Origin: Raillietiella orientalis
Lineage: Eukaryota
Length of the DNA: 64,000 bases
NCBI GenBank assembly: GCA_036172245.1
Contig: JAYWIR010000043.1
Coordinates: forward strand, 620,001 to 684,000
Reading direction: 5' to 3'
Shown here: positions 24,901-37,100 of the stretch, in pieces
How positions within the stretch are numbered: the stretch's first letter is position 1
Layout of the letters: each line of letters starts with the position of its first letter
Notes under the pieces: generated by a model
Told to the model about the DNA's origin: nothing
Seen by the model: the letters and a program-made list of their open reading frames with translations, nothing else
Database searches by the model: none
Translations under genes and position numbers: made by a program

Positions 24901-27900
24901 ATCACGTGAGGAAGATGAACCGACAGTGGTGAACCACTTTCATTCAAGTCCTCACGGTTTTCGCGTACCACAGGTTGCGATGGTGACTACACGGTGACTG
25001 AGATGAACGCGATTAGCGTCCACCGAATCTCCGAAGAAGGCAGGTGGATAGCTCCAGGAAACTCTGGGAAACTGTAGAGAGAGCGCTTGTGTTTTTATTG
25101 GGGATGCGGTAGCTGGATTAAATATTCTTTTGCTCATGTGCATGTGTCCATGATGAATCCTTTGCTCTGTTTGGACCGTTCTTCTAGAGGCAGCCTTTTC
25201 CCTCCTTTCGCTAACGCCGTCGACGACTTGATGTCAAACGTCCTTAGGATGGAGAGGACGAACACACTATTCCGATTCAGTGACGGCTACACCGAAACGA
25301 AGATCCATGCGGAGGTTCCAGATCCTTCCATCTCGTTTCCTTGCGGAAGAGGGAAGCAAACGGATTCCCCTTCGATCCCACTCAAGAGGCATGTGTGCCC
25401 TGGAAGATGTGATCCTCGAGTTTCATCTTCATCCTCGAGCATCAGTGAGACCTGAGATTTTGCATCGAACCTCCGGCTGCCCTCCAGTTCATCTGCACTG
25501 GCTCCTGACTCCAGTGAAATGAACACACCTGATCGATGACCGGCAGCATGCTATCTGCTTCTTCGACAAACGCTACACGATACGATCGTGTTCGGGAACC
25601 TGCGTTCCGCAAACATGCAACCTGAACAGGAACTTGCTGCGCAAGAGTCCAGCATCCCGCTCGTAGCATCCGAGCTCTCTCGTGGTCTGAAGAGAGGAAT
25701 CAGAGTAAGCGCGAGTTTGCTTGGACGCCCAGCAACTCGGAATGAAAAACATAGCGTGCGGATGTGTTTACTCTGCCGTTGACACCACAAAGTACCTTCG
25801 GACAAGACGTATAACTGGCGGACCATCTGCTTACTTACCGATTTCTCTCTTCTGACGACATCGATCTTTTTTGGTTTTCCGGATCCAACACACATTCTAG
25901 CTCTAGCAAGAAAAAGGGAAGAAAGAAAGAAAGGCAACGTTCGTTCTCTATTGCCTACACAGCTTCCGTGCTCCGTTCAGCTTCCGTCATGGAGTGATGC
26001 TTCAGGAATCCTTTTGATCGTTTTTTTTTTTTTTTTTTCATGTTTGGCAGAAGAAACACCCTGTCGAAAATGTGCTTGCAGGCAGATGTTGCAAAAAAGG
26101 CGTGTGCGGGCGCTGAGAATTTGCTACCTACTCTGCACCCTCGTCGAGTAGAGAAGATCTCCGCATCGGGCATTCATGTGAAGATGCAATATGGAGAAAG
26201 GGACTTATGCTTCACTTCATCTGGCGGTTCTTCGCCAGCTCCTTCTCCAACTGCGCATCCCAATGCCGTTTGACCAGTCCCGTTTTCGCGGCTGATTCGC
26301 TGACATCCCTTCGACAAGAGCCTCTTGAAATTTATCAACAGATGCGTGGAGATGATATGCATCCAACCTCTCATTTTTTCTTCTTCCCGTGGCAAAACCT
26401 TCGGAATTCCTGGTCGAGATTCTTAGAGAGCATGAGAGAGAGAGATCGATGTCGACAGAGAACTGTCACAGGCTTCTTTTAGATCAAGTCTTCATCCCAA
26501 TTCAGCTCGAGGCATTTATCCTCTAGAGCGCTCTTCCTTACATCTCCAGGAAGGAACTACGCTCCATCGAGAATGCATTCCAGGGAAACGAAGAGGAGCT
26601 CTGAGAACGCCTCTAAACGAAACTCCTTTAACGAACTCCCCGTAGGTCATTTAGGAAAAAAAGAGAATAAGCGTATCCATAACAACAGCGTCGGAAGGAC
26701 TTGAGGACGTTCTGGTGGTCTCTGGACTGAGTGGTGAGAATGATGCGCTACGGTGGAAAAAATCAGGAGACGATTGAGTGCGGCGATGGCAGGAGAGGGA
26801 ACCGTCGGTGTCCGCTCCTGCCTCCAGGAAGAGGGTTCCACTCGACCCCGCCCCTTTCCCGCTTTCCTCTCAGAAGCTTTAACTGGAGCATCCTCGGTGC
26901 CGTCTTGCCTTTCTCTTTCCCACAGGCCAAGACCCACTCTCATCCCGGACACTTCGCGCAGGGACTCGCACCGCTGTTGCCGCCGGTGCTCCGCGTCGTG
27001 AGCGTCTGCAGGGTGGTGGGGAGGGACGAACTCTTCCTCGGCCATCCAAGAAGCGACGTCGCCCTCCCTTCACCTTTTTTCTTCCAGATATGTGAATCTC
27101 TCCTTCCGTCGGACCGGAAGTGACTCTCTTGAAGCGTCAGTGGAAAGCGTCCCTCGGTGGTTCGGAAGCTGAGGAAGGGTAGCCTCAACCCTCGTCGTCT
27201 CTCCTTCGGCTCGTTGCGCTTCCTCATTCTCGCTTACAAGAGCAAAACTCCTGCAGCTCAGAGAACCGTCGGCTCAAAAAGAGACCGTCTTTGACATGCA
27301 AAGTCTCGTGGTCATTCTCCTGCTCCACGGTGAGTGAGGTGGGAAAGAGGAATGACTGCTTCATGCTGGAAGCAGCTCCTTCCGTGTCCTTTTTTCTTTG
27401 CCTCTCTCGCACTGGCGCATGCCTGTGTCCCCTGTTGCTCCTCCTCTTCTTCGCAAGGGATATGGCGGTCTGCGGAGAAGGAAGGGAAAACTTGGGCATT
27501 TCTCGAAGAGAAGAACATTCTTGATCTTCCATTTAGCTCGGCTCCAGAAACGCTTGCAGCCGATCTCCAAACGGAGAGCATCTTCAGACCTGCAGCCATC
27601 TTCCGATCACAGCACACAGAGATGAAGATTGAAACGTCCATCCTCAAGCTGTCCTGTTCTTAGAAAGTTCCCAGTTCCCTCCGTCCTTTTACCTCTCCCG
27701 GAAATCAAAGTTTGTGTCGTCAGCGAGCCTATACCTTTCCCTGGGAATCCTTCCCCCTCCCCCAGGACCTCTTTTTCGAAGCACCTCTAACGAAACCTCA
27801 AGCAGAGAATGGTGGAGGACCTCGACCCAATGATTTCTGGACCTCCAAAGGATGCGGTCTCGTTTAGTTGGAAGCTGATACTTCTCGGTTCATGCTGCCC

Positions 27901-30685
27901 CCTTCTCACACGGTGCCTGCCAAGATGGAGGAGTGATAGGGGGAGGGAGGTGGAGGAGGAAAGTTCCTGGAGCGCGTTTCCGGTTCCTGGAGCTAAGCCG
28001 CTGAAAGAACCGCCGCCCTTGTCTTCCAGGTTGCCTGGCGGACTCCTTCTCGCTCGCACCGTCGCCGTACTCGAGCAAGTTCCTTGCCGCCGGTGGCTCC
28101 CCGGGACCGTACCTCGATGGACTGTCCTGGTGGTGGTACGACGGCGAGGACGGAGAGGAGGGTGACGGAGGTAAATATGAGGGTGGGAGCACTTGGAAGG
28201 GGACGTAGAAGCAGGAGGAGCAGAATTGAAGACGGGGGAAGGTGATATTCTTTTAGAAAGATGCAGGAAGACGCGACCAGGGATCCCGAATACCCTACTT
28301 CTCCCAAAAAGGAAGGGAGGTGTCCTATCCAGCCTCCAAGAAGGGCACATTCCTCAAGAGATTTAAGTCCTGAAGGCTCTGGCTCTCTCCAGGGAGTGTT
28401 CCGCGCAGAGATGACAGTTGTGCCACCCGCGCAAAGACGGCGATGCCTGGCGGGGAAAAAGGCGAGGGCGGGGCAACGTCCGGAAATCCATAGCTGCATC
28501 CATCTGGGCGATGCTCCTTGCCTTCTTCGTGGAACTGGACTCGGTCCATGGACGGAGGGTGTATCCCGAGAAAGGCGAACTCTGCAGAACAAACCTTTGC
28601 GCCATCCAGGAAGAGAAGGGGTATAGGAAGCTGGAGAAATAAAAGGCAGGGAGGACAATGGGGGAAGCTGCATGCCTACTGCCTTCGAGAATGCCAGGAG
28701 GCTTGGGGCGGGTTGCTATCCAGGAAGATGGGAAGCGACTCATAACTGTTCTCCCAGAAGTGAAAATCTACAAGTGAGCATCCCTGGGATGGAGGTGTCG
28801 AGAGACGTTTCTCCTTGTTCTTCCTCTTTCTTTCGGTAATGGAGGGTGTGAATCCAGAATCCGTCAAGAGAAAATTGAGAAGTCATCAGGAGAGATTGTT
28901 GGTATCACTCGTCAGCAGAGATCTCTGAACATTTCAATATGAAGGAAGGAATTTGGATTTTGGCTCTATAGAAAAGCAGCCGTCGGTTGGAGTATTCAGG
29001 GAATATCAACGGATTTTTAATCGGAATTCTTCCATGCTTAAGATATTATCGCTGGAATAAGTTAGGACTCAAGGAACGCCTGCACTTCTATGTGAGGAAA
29101 ATGTGCCTTCTTGGAACGGACGTTGGTCCGCCTTCTCCCTTCTTTCTCATAGGGCAAGCTCTCGATCCCGTCAAAGACAGTGCTTCCTCTTAGTTCAGTA
29201 AGAAAAGGGACGCGCTTGAGCTTATTCCCTGCCCATGCGCCACTCGGTGATCTCATGGGTTTTGAACCGCAGGCACGCATGTGTGAGATTACGCACCCGC
29301 ATAATCATTCCACCTGACGTGCGTTGGACCATCGTGCAGAATCCTCCGTCGGCAGCTCCAGAGCACGCCATTGCGAGTGGCCTAAGCAGTTTCGTGGAAA
29401 AAGGCGTCCACGGCCAAGGACGTCATGCCTTGGGTTTGGAGACGTTGCTGGGAGCTTAGAAATTCCATCCCATTCGAGGATTTCACAAAATCTCCGAAGG
29501 ACCAACACAGCTTTTCCATCACTGGGAACTTCGCAGGATCCAAGAAGAGAAGAATTCCATGAGCACCAAGGAGTGGAAAAAACATCAACAAAATAAGAAT
29601 CGCCCAGAGGGGTTCAACAGATTCTGAGAAGGCAATCTTTTCACAAAAGATTTTCTGAACCAATCTAATGTAATCTCTCTTAAGATGGTCTAGAGATCCT
29701 TCACTTCGTATATAGCAGTGAAATTCGCAATTGAGCTGGAAAGTGTACATTGCAAACGCCAAAAAAGATTGCAGGGACACTGGACATGCGGAAAACAAAT
29801 GTGTTGTATCACGGATTCTGAGTCATGCATCATTCCTCGGAAGAAAAAAAAAAAATTGACGAACCATGTATTCGAAAATGTTTCCTCAATTAGGCGACTA
29901 AGAAACAGCTCTTCAAGGATACAGAAAATGGGTTCTTCGCCACAGCAGATGGGAAGAGGACACTGATCCTTATGAGAGGACTGAGTGCGTCCGAAAGAGT
30001 TGAGACTCTGACTCTGGTGGGATTTCAAGAGTCCTCCACTAGCTGCCCAAGTTAAACGCTGAAAACGACCACCTTCAATAGGGTGGGAGGAAACAATCTT
30101 CTGCTGTTTCTGAAAACTTCTCCGATAGGGGCAACTCCCAACACAACTCTGAGAGTCAAATCAAGGGGGATGTGCTTGTCACTCCTTCCCTTGCACTCTC
30201 TTCTCAATGTCTAGAACTGTCTCTCGGGGTCTCTTCGTAACTCTCTTGACAGAAACATTTGAAAACCTTAGGTGCCGAAGACTCTGCACATGGTGTAGGG
30301 CCATGTGTAGGAATTTCTCATTCTGACCTCGAAACATCAGGAATCATAATGGGAACATTTCATGGAGATGCTAGGAGTTGAAAAGCGTCACCAAACAAAG
30401 ACGATCCCTACTGCTGCATAAAGAAATGCCTAATCAGGCATTTTTGTGGTCTGCCATCTTTTTTTCTTGAATCAGTGCACGCGATACAAGTTCCTTTTTT
30501 CCATTTCATTCGTGAACGTGGGCGCCCATGGGTCTACATGTGCGCTCATTGATGCCTGATAAGTGTTCCCGTGCATGCTGACCCTTGAGCCGGTGAGGTC
30601 AACGGAAGTGATGCATGCACTGGCAGATGCCGTCGTGCCTGCGGTCAGAGTGAGCTACGAGCTCCCATTCCTCCTTTACACATAG

Positions 30686-31169
30686 GTGCAAGGGTTTCTG
30701 GCCACGCGCGAAAGCGTGAGCAGCCCGCACTATTCCTCCCAACAACGGATGCTGGTGAGACAGGATTTATCCCTGACGAGGTTCTTCTAGGTTCACTCAT
30801 TTTCTAACCTCTTCCTCTTCCCTCTCATTCGCAGGGTACCATGCTCTTGGAGACTACCGAGAGAGGATGCTGCGAGGAGCAAGCGATTATGCGGCAAGAG
30901 AAAGAAGATTTATGTACTACGTGGACGAACCCACAGAGGTCCTGAGTTCTCGCCTAATGCCACTTGTTTTTCGATCTCACACGCCCCAAACGACTCAGCA
31001 GCCTACCCCGAGAGGTACGACCCTTCATGTTCCATTTCGTGTTTCTCCAGACGAAGGTATGCTCTCAGGAGAGCACGGAACCTACGGAATGAAGAGAAGC
31101 AACTCCTGTTTAAGAAGATGTATGGCGCAAGGCCTCTTGCACCCAGCTCAATGCCATTCATTATGTTAA
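30686..31169 (+). CDS. Putative neuropeptide/peptide-hormone precursor, 3' exons (signal-peptide exon not located)
   Basis: Phase-compatible exons 30686-30754, 30835-31014 and 31051-31169, with polypyrimidine-AG acceptors, give ...GHARKR-EQPALFLPTTDAGYHALGDYRERMLRGASDYAARERR-FMYYVDEPTE...GTYGMKR-SNSCLRRCMAQGLLHPAQCHSLC*. The protein has basic cleavage sites and a terminal 4-Cys peptide. Confidence 0.6.
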
Positions 31170-34100
31170 GCTAAGGCCTTCTAGCAATATAAAGATCGAT
31201 TCCGATGCAGCAGCCGTGTCTGTGACTAGCTACAGGAATATTTTCCAGGTATTAAAGGAAAGCCTCCTGGAAAGCTTCCTTAGAGATGACGAGGAACAGC
31301 ACTTGCTCAGAACACGTGGCATTCCAGTAGCTTCTGTATCTCCTTTAGCATGCAGCCGGCGCCAAGTGCGGATACAGAAGTTTCAAAGACCTCCTCTGTT
31401 CGTTGGAACTGAAGGATTCCTTCCGTTTCCTTCTGACTCTCTTTCGTTCGCTCACGCCTGTAGATCGAGAGCAGCATAGGGTCAGCGAAGGTCGACACGG
31501 CTCTTCGGGAGGGAAGGAAAGCGTGGATCGTCAGGAGAAAATTAAGCAGTCGTCAGGAGAGACGGCTAGTGTTTCTAGTTAGAAGAGATCCCTAGGACAT
31601 TTTCAGTGTGGTGGGGAGAATTTAGATTTTGACCGCATCCAAAGCAGCCGCTGACACAAAGTATTTAGGGAGTATTGACGAATTTCCTATCGGAATTCCT
31701 CCGTGCTTAAGATTTTAGTTGAAATAGGTTAGGAGGGAGCAAGGAATACCTGAACTGCTTCATGAGGAGAAAAGGCCCATCGTGGATTCGTCTATTTGAT
31801 GGAAAAAAGCAACGAAAACCTTGCACAGTCGAATGCTTCTTTTCAAAAGCTCAGGGAAGCTTCCTTCCTTCCTTCAAAGAAAGAAAGAAGGAACTTTTCA
31901 TCTTCTCACCCTTGACAGAACTGGAAATCAATTCAAATAGAAGGCTGAAGAATGTACTTTGAACAACTTCAGCTTCAGTATCTCGAAAAAGTCTCTCGTG
32001 AAAGGGACCGACTCGGAGCTTTGCGATTCGGTAAAGATGCTTTCATCCTCTCTTCTAGTGGACCACAGATTACGAAGCACTGCCAGCTCATTGCCTCTGA
32101 CCTCATCGAGCAAGTCAGAAAGCTTATATCCTCGACTTCTTGGATCCCAGATACGACACAGGAAAGATTTCCCAATTCGCCTTCTGTAAGCAAACGAGAA
32201 AAAGGAGTGCGCTTGTGATTCCTCATCATGGATGCAGAGTTCAAGGTCTCGAAGATCCTTCCATATGGGAGCAAAAGTCTGTTTCGGGTGCGAAAGAGCG
32301 AAGTAGATGGCACAAGCGAACGGTTCATGAGCGGCATCAAGGACCAACCAGCATTGCAGAAAGCTTTTTGTAGAAGAATTTTTTCTTCTTTAGGTTTCCA
32401 AACCAACTCCTTCCGAATGGGAATCAAAGGTGTGTGGATTTATAGAATGACTTCTAGTGGGTTGAAATTCACATAACGTAAATGCAGTCTCCAGAAAGAA
32501 CAACAGCATGTTTCATCCGCCTGGAATGTTGAAAATTGGAGTAACAGGTGCTTCTAGATAGGTATTCTTGGGGTTCCTCCCTCTTCTAAGCAAATATGAT
32601 CATTGGCCCTCCTACTGAATCGGAAGACGCGGAGAGCCTATCCTTAATTCTCAAGTCAGGATACCAAAACTATGAAATGTATTGGAATGCTCGAAAGACT
32701 TTCTTTTCGAAGAATAGTCTTGAATGAAACGTTGGCATCTGACGTAACTCTTAACCCCTTCACATGCGCTCTAACAATCAGACTTACAGCATCATTCATC
32801 TTCATGTACACATTGATCTTGGATGTAGGAGCACATCATCTCGTATGCATGCAGTGCAAATGTGTACATGCATGATTCCGTGTATTTCTGTATACGCATG
32901 GTGCTATACTGTCCCAGTCATGCACTGAAGGTGCACATAATTTGTACACTTTGCGCTATCGTTAAAGCGATTTTGCGCAAATCGTAGGAAGAAAGTGGAA
33001 TTCACTGTTTTCGATGCCCCCTCGCCATCTTTCACAGGTTACTGTATGCTTCTCCTGTTTCGTTGAGGGCTCCTTCGAGAGTGAACGGTCCATTATGGAG
33101 AAATTGTCCATCTTGACATTTTCACTTTTTCTAACAGTGGCTTTTATTTTTTCTCATTCATGCTGGGTTTTTTTTTCCCCTTTGAATCTCACACTAAGAC
33201 CTCATGGAATCTCCCGTCCACCGACTGGGACAGAGGCTGCAGGTAATAAGATCACTCTGTCAGGAGCTAGAAAGCTTGGAAGATGTTCCGAGAAGCAGCC
33301 GCATCCGTAGTGGTCAGGCAGTCGGAGGGAAAACCCACAGGCTCTCGCTGGAATGGAGGTTTGCTAGAATAGCATCACTGGCGAATCTCAGTCTCCAGAG
33401 CAGAAGTCTCCCAATGAAAAGGAAGCTGTGAATCAGGAACTGTGCGTCGTCTTCACCATGAAATGTCGCACTTGCGGATAATCTTCCTTGCCTTTCTTAT
33501 CGGAATCCGTCTTCCGAGACGATGAGATCCTACGAGTGGGGGGGTGCGTTGCTGTCTGTGCGCTGGGGCAGGGGATTGGGATTTTGTTTGTTCAGTTAGA
33601 GATGCGTGGGTCACTATGCTGCTGCTCATGGACCCAAAGTCACTGCTCGTACTTTTAGGTCCATTTTGACAGTGAAAGTCGAAGTTGTAAAATTTTCATG
33701 TTGCCAACTGACTTGGTTCCCTTGGATTTCCTAATCTACTACATGAAAAAATGGATTGTCCGTGGGTCTATGAAAAATCCTTGGAATCTTTCACGAAACT
33801 TGAATTGCTATAAGTTACAATTTTAAATAAAATATAACCCTATGCATTCAGTCAGAACTTCTGCGTGTCTGCAAGCAAGGGGAAATGTGAATCAAATAAA
33901 AGTTTTCAGCAGGCTGATTTTTCCGAGATCTGCTCGTTTCATTTGTTTTGCACACTCCGGGTCGTTTTCTAGGAGAACAAACTGTGACCTTTCGCTTGAA
34001 CTCCCACATGGCTACTTTCCGATACGGATTACAATGTCACTGCTGATTTCAAGAGAATGGTCGAGGCACTCGGCTTATTACTTATGATGCGGAGGATTCT

Positions 34101-37100
34101 GCAGAAAAAGAGGTCACGTGACTGTTGTTCCCTCTAATAAATGAATAGAACGAATGCGTTTGCATATCCATCAAAGGTATGGGGACAGCACCAAACATCA
34201 CTAGGGCCATTACTCAAGCTAGCCTCAACTGCCATTGAAAGTACTGCTCATTCTGACGCGCTTCTTTCGTGAACCGTGTTTTGCAAGCAGTGAAAAAAAT
34301 TAGAGTACCATCAGTTTCCGGGGATGGCAGAGAAGGATGGCGAAATCGACGCAGGCGTTTTGCGGAGATTCGTCGACATCCTCTCCGACCAGGATCCCGT
34401 TCCATGGAGGATTTTCTCGACCGGAATGTTCTCCACTGTGAGAGGACTGCTGCAGATTCTGCCGGGCTCGGAACGAGGGCCTTTCGTCAAACTTGTGATG
34501 CTTCCTCATGAGCCTGCTCTTCAAGATGCAGCCTCAAGATGCTCACGGCCATCTCCGAGTTTGCTGGGAATGGCAGTCGTGACGCAAAACCGACACGCTG
34601 GAATCTCCTGAGCAAATCCTGCTTTTGGTCCAGATGAAAGCTGAAATTTTCATCTCTCAGCAGTAGCAGGAGCACACTGTAAGCGCCCCAAGAGGAATAA
34701 ACGTGAGCCGCTAAACCAAGGTCCAAATTTCTCGAACAGTCTAATCCGAATTTTGTCAGGCGATTTGGGATCAAAGCATTAGCACTTGGGCTGTAGGCGA
34801 ATGAAAAGTGTTTCAAGTTTATGAAATGCTGATGGCTTTTTCACTTGAAGATAAGAGAAATCCAGAAAGTTTGCTGTTATCTGGATAGAGCATCCCGTAA
34901 ACTCCCTGTACCCATAAATTCTCTTCACAGCCATTCTCCTTTCTGCATTTTGTGACTTATTTTTTTGCGACTCTTGAATTTGGAAACAACTCTCCGAAAA
35001 TAAGGGATGCAGATGTCGGATTATTCAAAGGATGTGACGTGGAATGAAAATGCAACAAGACGCAAAGGAAGTGAAGGGCAAAGGAATTGAATGCACTGTT
35101 TATTCCCCCTAAAAATCCATCTTCTTCGTGGTTTCTTCCCAATTCATCCTTCGGTTTGTGCCTGATTCGTCAACCGGAAGTTGTCAGCATCCCTGAAAGC
35201 TTCCATCACGGATGGCGGTAGCACATCTGAAAGGAAAGTAAGATAAGGAATGACTTGAGAAGCGAGTAAGGTCAAACACTGCGTCAGAGACAACGGATAT
35301 TCTGAATATGAATATAAAGTATTGGAAAGCACATTCAGCACGAGCGAACATAGGGATTCCCTTTTTTTCGTTGGTTTCGAGGCTGTGGGCAGCATAAATT
35401 TCATAAACCGCCTGTGGAGAGCACTTCCTGGTGCACTTCCTGACGTGTTGCTGGTGCGAAGGCTTCGAATCGCGCCAACCAAGGAGGATTCACCTCAAGA
35501 GGTTGGTTGCAGCACGTCAGTGGCACCATACCTTCTCGAAAACACTGGAAATCCTCGCAGAGGGGGCGTGTCACACCATGGACCATCATCAGCTTTCAAA
35601 GGCAAATCTCTGTTAATCTCTATTCGTCCGATCCTGCTGCAAACCCTCTCTCTCCGTTTTAAACTGGACCCGCCAGGGAGGATTTGAGAAGCGACGAAAA
35701 GCCAATGCTTTTCCATAACGAGTGGACTTCCTGGGATGTGATCATCAAAACGGGAAACAGAATGCTTGCATTCGGGTTTCTTCGCCATGACGCATCCCAA
35801 GTGCACGTAGCAAACCGTAGGATGCAGCAAAGTCGGAATCATTTTTTTCCCCCAAAAGTGTATCAATGAAACACATCTGCATTTTGGTCGAGGTTGATTT
35901 CATGATTAGAATGTGTGGAAAGGAGAAGGAGGAGTGGGTTGAACTCTTCACCGTTGCAGAGTGCATCTTCCTAGGCAAAAAGAAGCATTGCATTGTTCCG
36001 ACTCCAGAGAACTCCCCATTTTGGGGTCCATTTTCAATAAGTAGCACTGGAAACATCAGATTCCCTTCTAAATCCATAACTACGGACCATTGCTGCACTC
36101 TTCAGCCCAGGCTGACCAGGCTCGTTTGCATCTTGTAGAACGGAAGCTGGACATTCCCCCCCAGTGATGGAGCGCAATTCTACCGTTGGTGAAATGGAAA
36201 CTGCACACTGCAAACACCTTTGAAAACTAGAAAAGGTTCGAGTGAAAGGCATTTAGAATTTCTCTTCAAGACCAGGAACAAATCATTTTTGCGTCTTCAT
36301 CATATCTTTCATTATGCTCGCATCCATCTTCAGAAGACGGGAAATGCTGCATTTTACCGCATTCTTCGAAAGTCGACTCGGTGGAGGAAGGAAAATGTTT
36401 GCAGTTCTTGCGAAAGTTCACATCTGCAACACATATCCACGTATGCATATCCACGAACTCATCCTCATCACGGCTTCCGTGTTTGTCCGTTGCCTGTGGT
36501 CGAGCTGCTTTTGGTTGGTTTCGGTCATTGGAAAGTCTTCAGATTCCTTGTTGTTCCCGAAACCAAGAACTGCTGTTTGGTGCCAAACAACAAAGTGAAA
36601 CTCTCCTTCCTTCAAACGCAATTCTCCTTTCCTTACAAGTTTCTTTGAACCCTTCCGAAGATGGAAGGGTAGAAAAGGAAATTTTTCATGCTCCAGCGTG
36701 AGTTCTAGGTCTTGGGCTCCAGGTTGGACTCCGTGCACGTTGGCCTTCTACCCTGACGTCCTCGGAGCACAGAGTCGACTTCTATTCTAGTGCTCGGGCC
36801 ATTCGGTTTCCGATGCACACAATGTGTCAAATGCGATTCCCACATGCAGGTCAAATGGGGAGCAGCAAGGTCATTCCAATAAGGTGGTCAGTTTGTTTGC
36901 TGCTGCATTTGATTTAAAGCCCAACTCACCAAAAGTGCTGCACACGTCTTGCTGTTTGCGAATGAGCGCGGGTCAAGAGCGGCGAACGCTCTTCGGAAAA
37001 GGAGGCTGTGGAGTGAGCACGTCACGAGACGAAAAAGTGCTCTTCCGACAAGTGGCTTGCGGGTCTCTCGGAATCGGTGCTGAATGAAATGAAGGTCCCA

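Noticed and set aside
23589..25940. Faint LINE-like words (NDWF; GCWTL) in minus-strand frames
   Set aside because: Too degenerate to support a feature call without a profile search.
27993..28673. 226-aa minus-strand ORF with a hydrophobic stretch before GAG|GTACGG
   Set aside because: No downstream minus-strand exons were identified, and it can be explained by GC-rich low-complexity sequence.
19277..32218. Identical 9-aa string DAFILSSSG in ORFs 19277-19471(-) and 31952-32218(+)
   Set aside because: There is no flanking similarity and the string is Ser-rich; chance cannot be excluded across six frames. A tyrosine-recombinase reading of the second ORF lacked the catalytic motifs.
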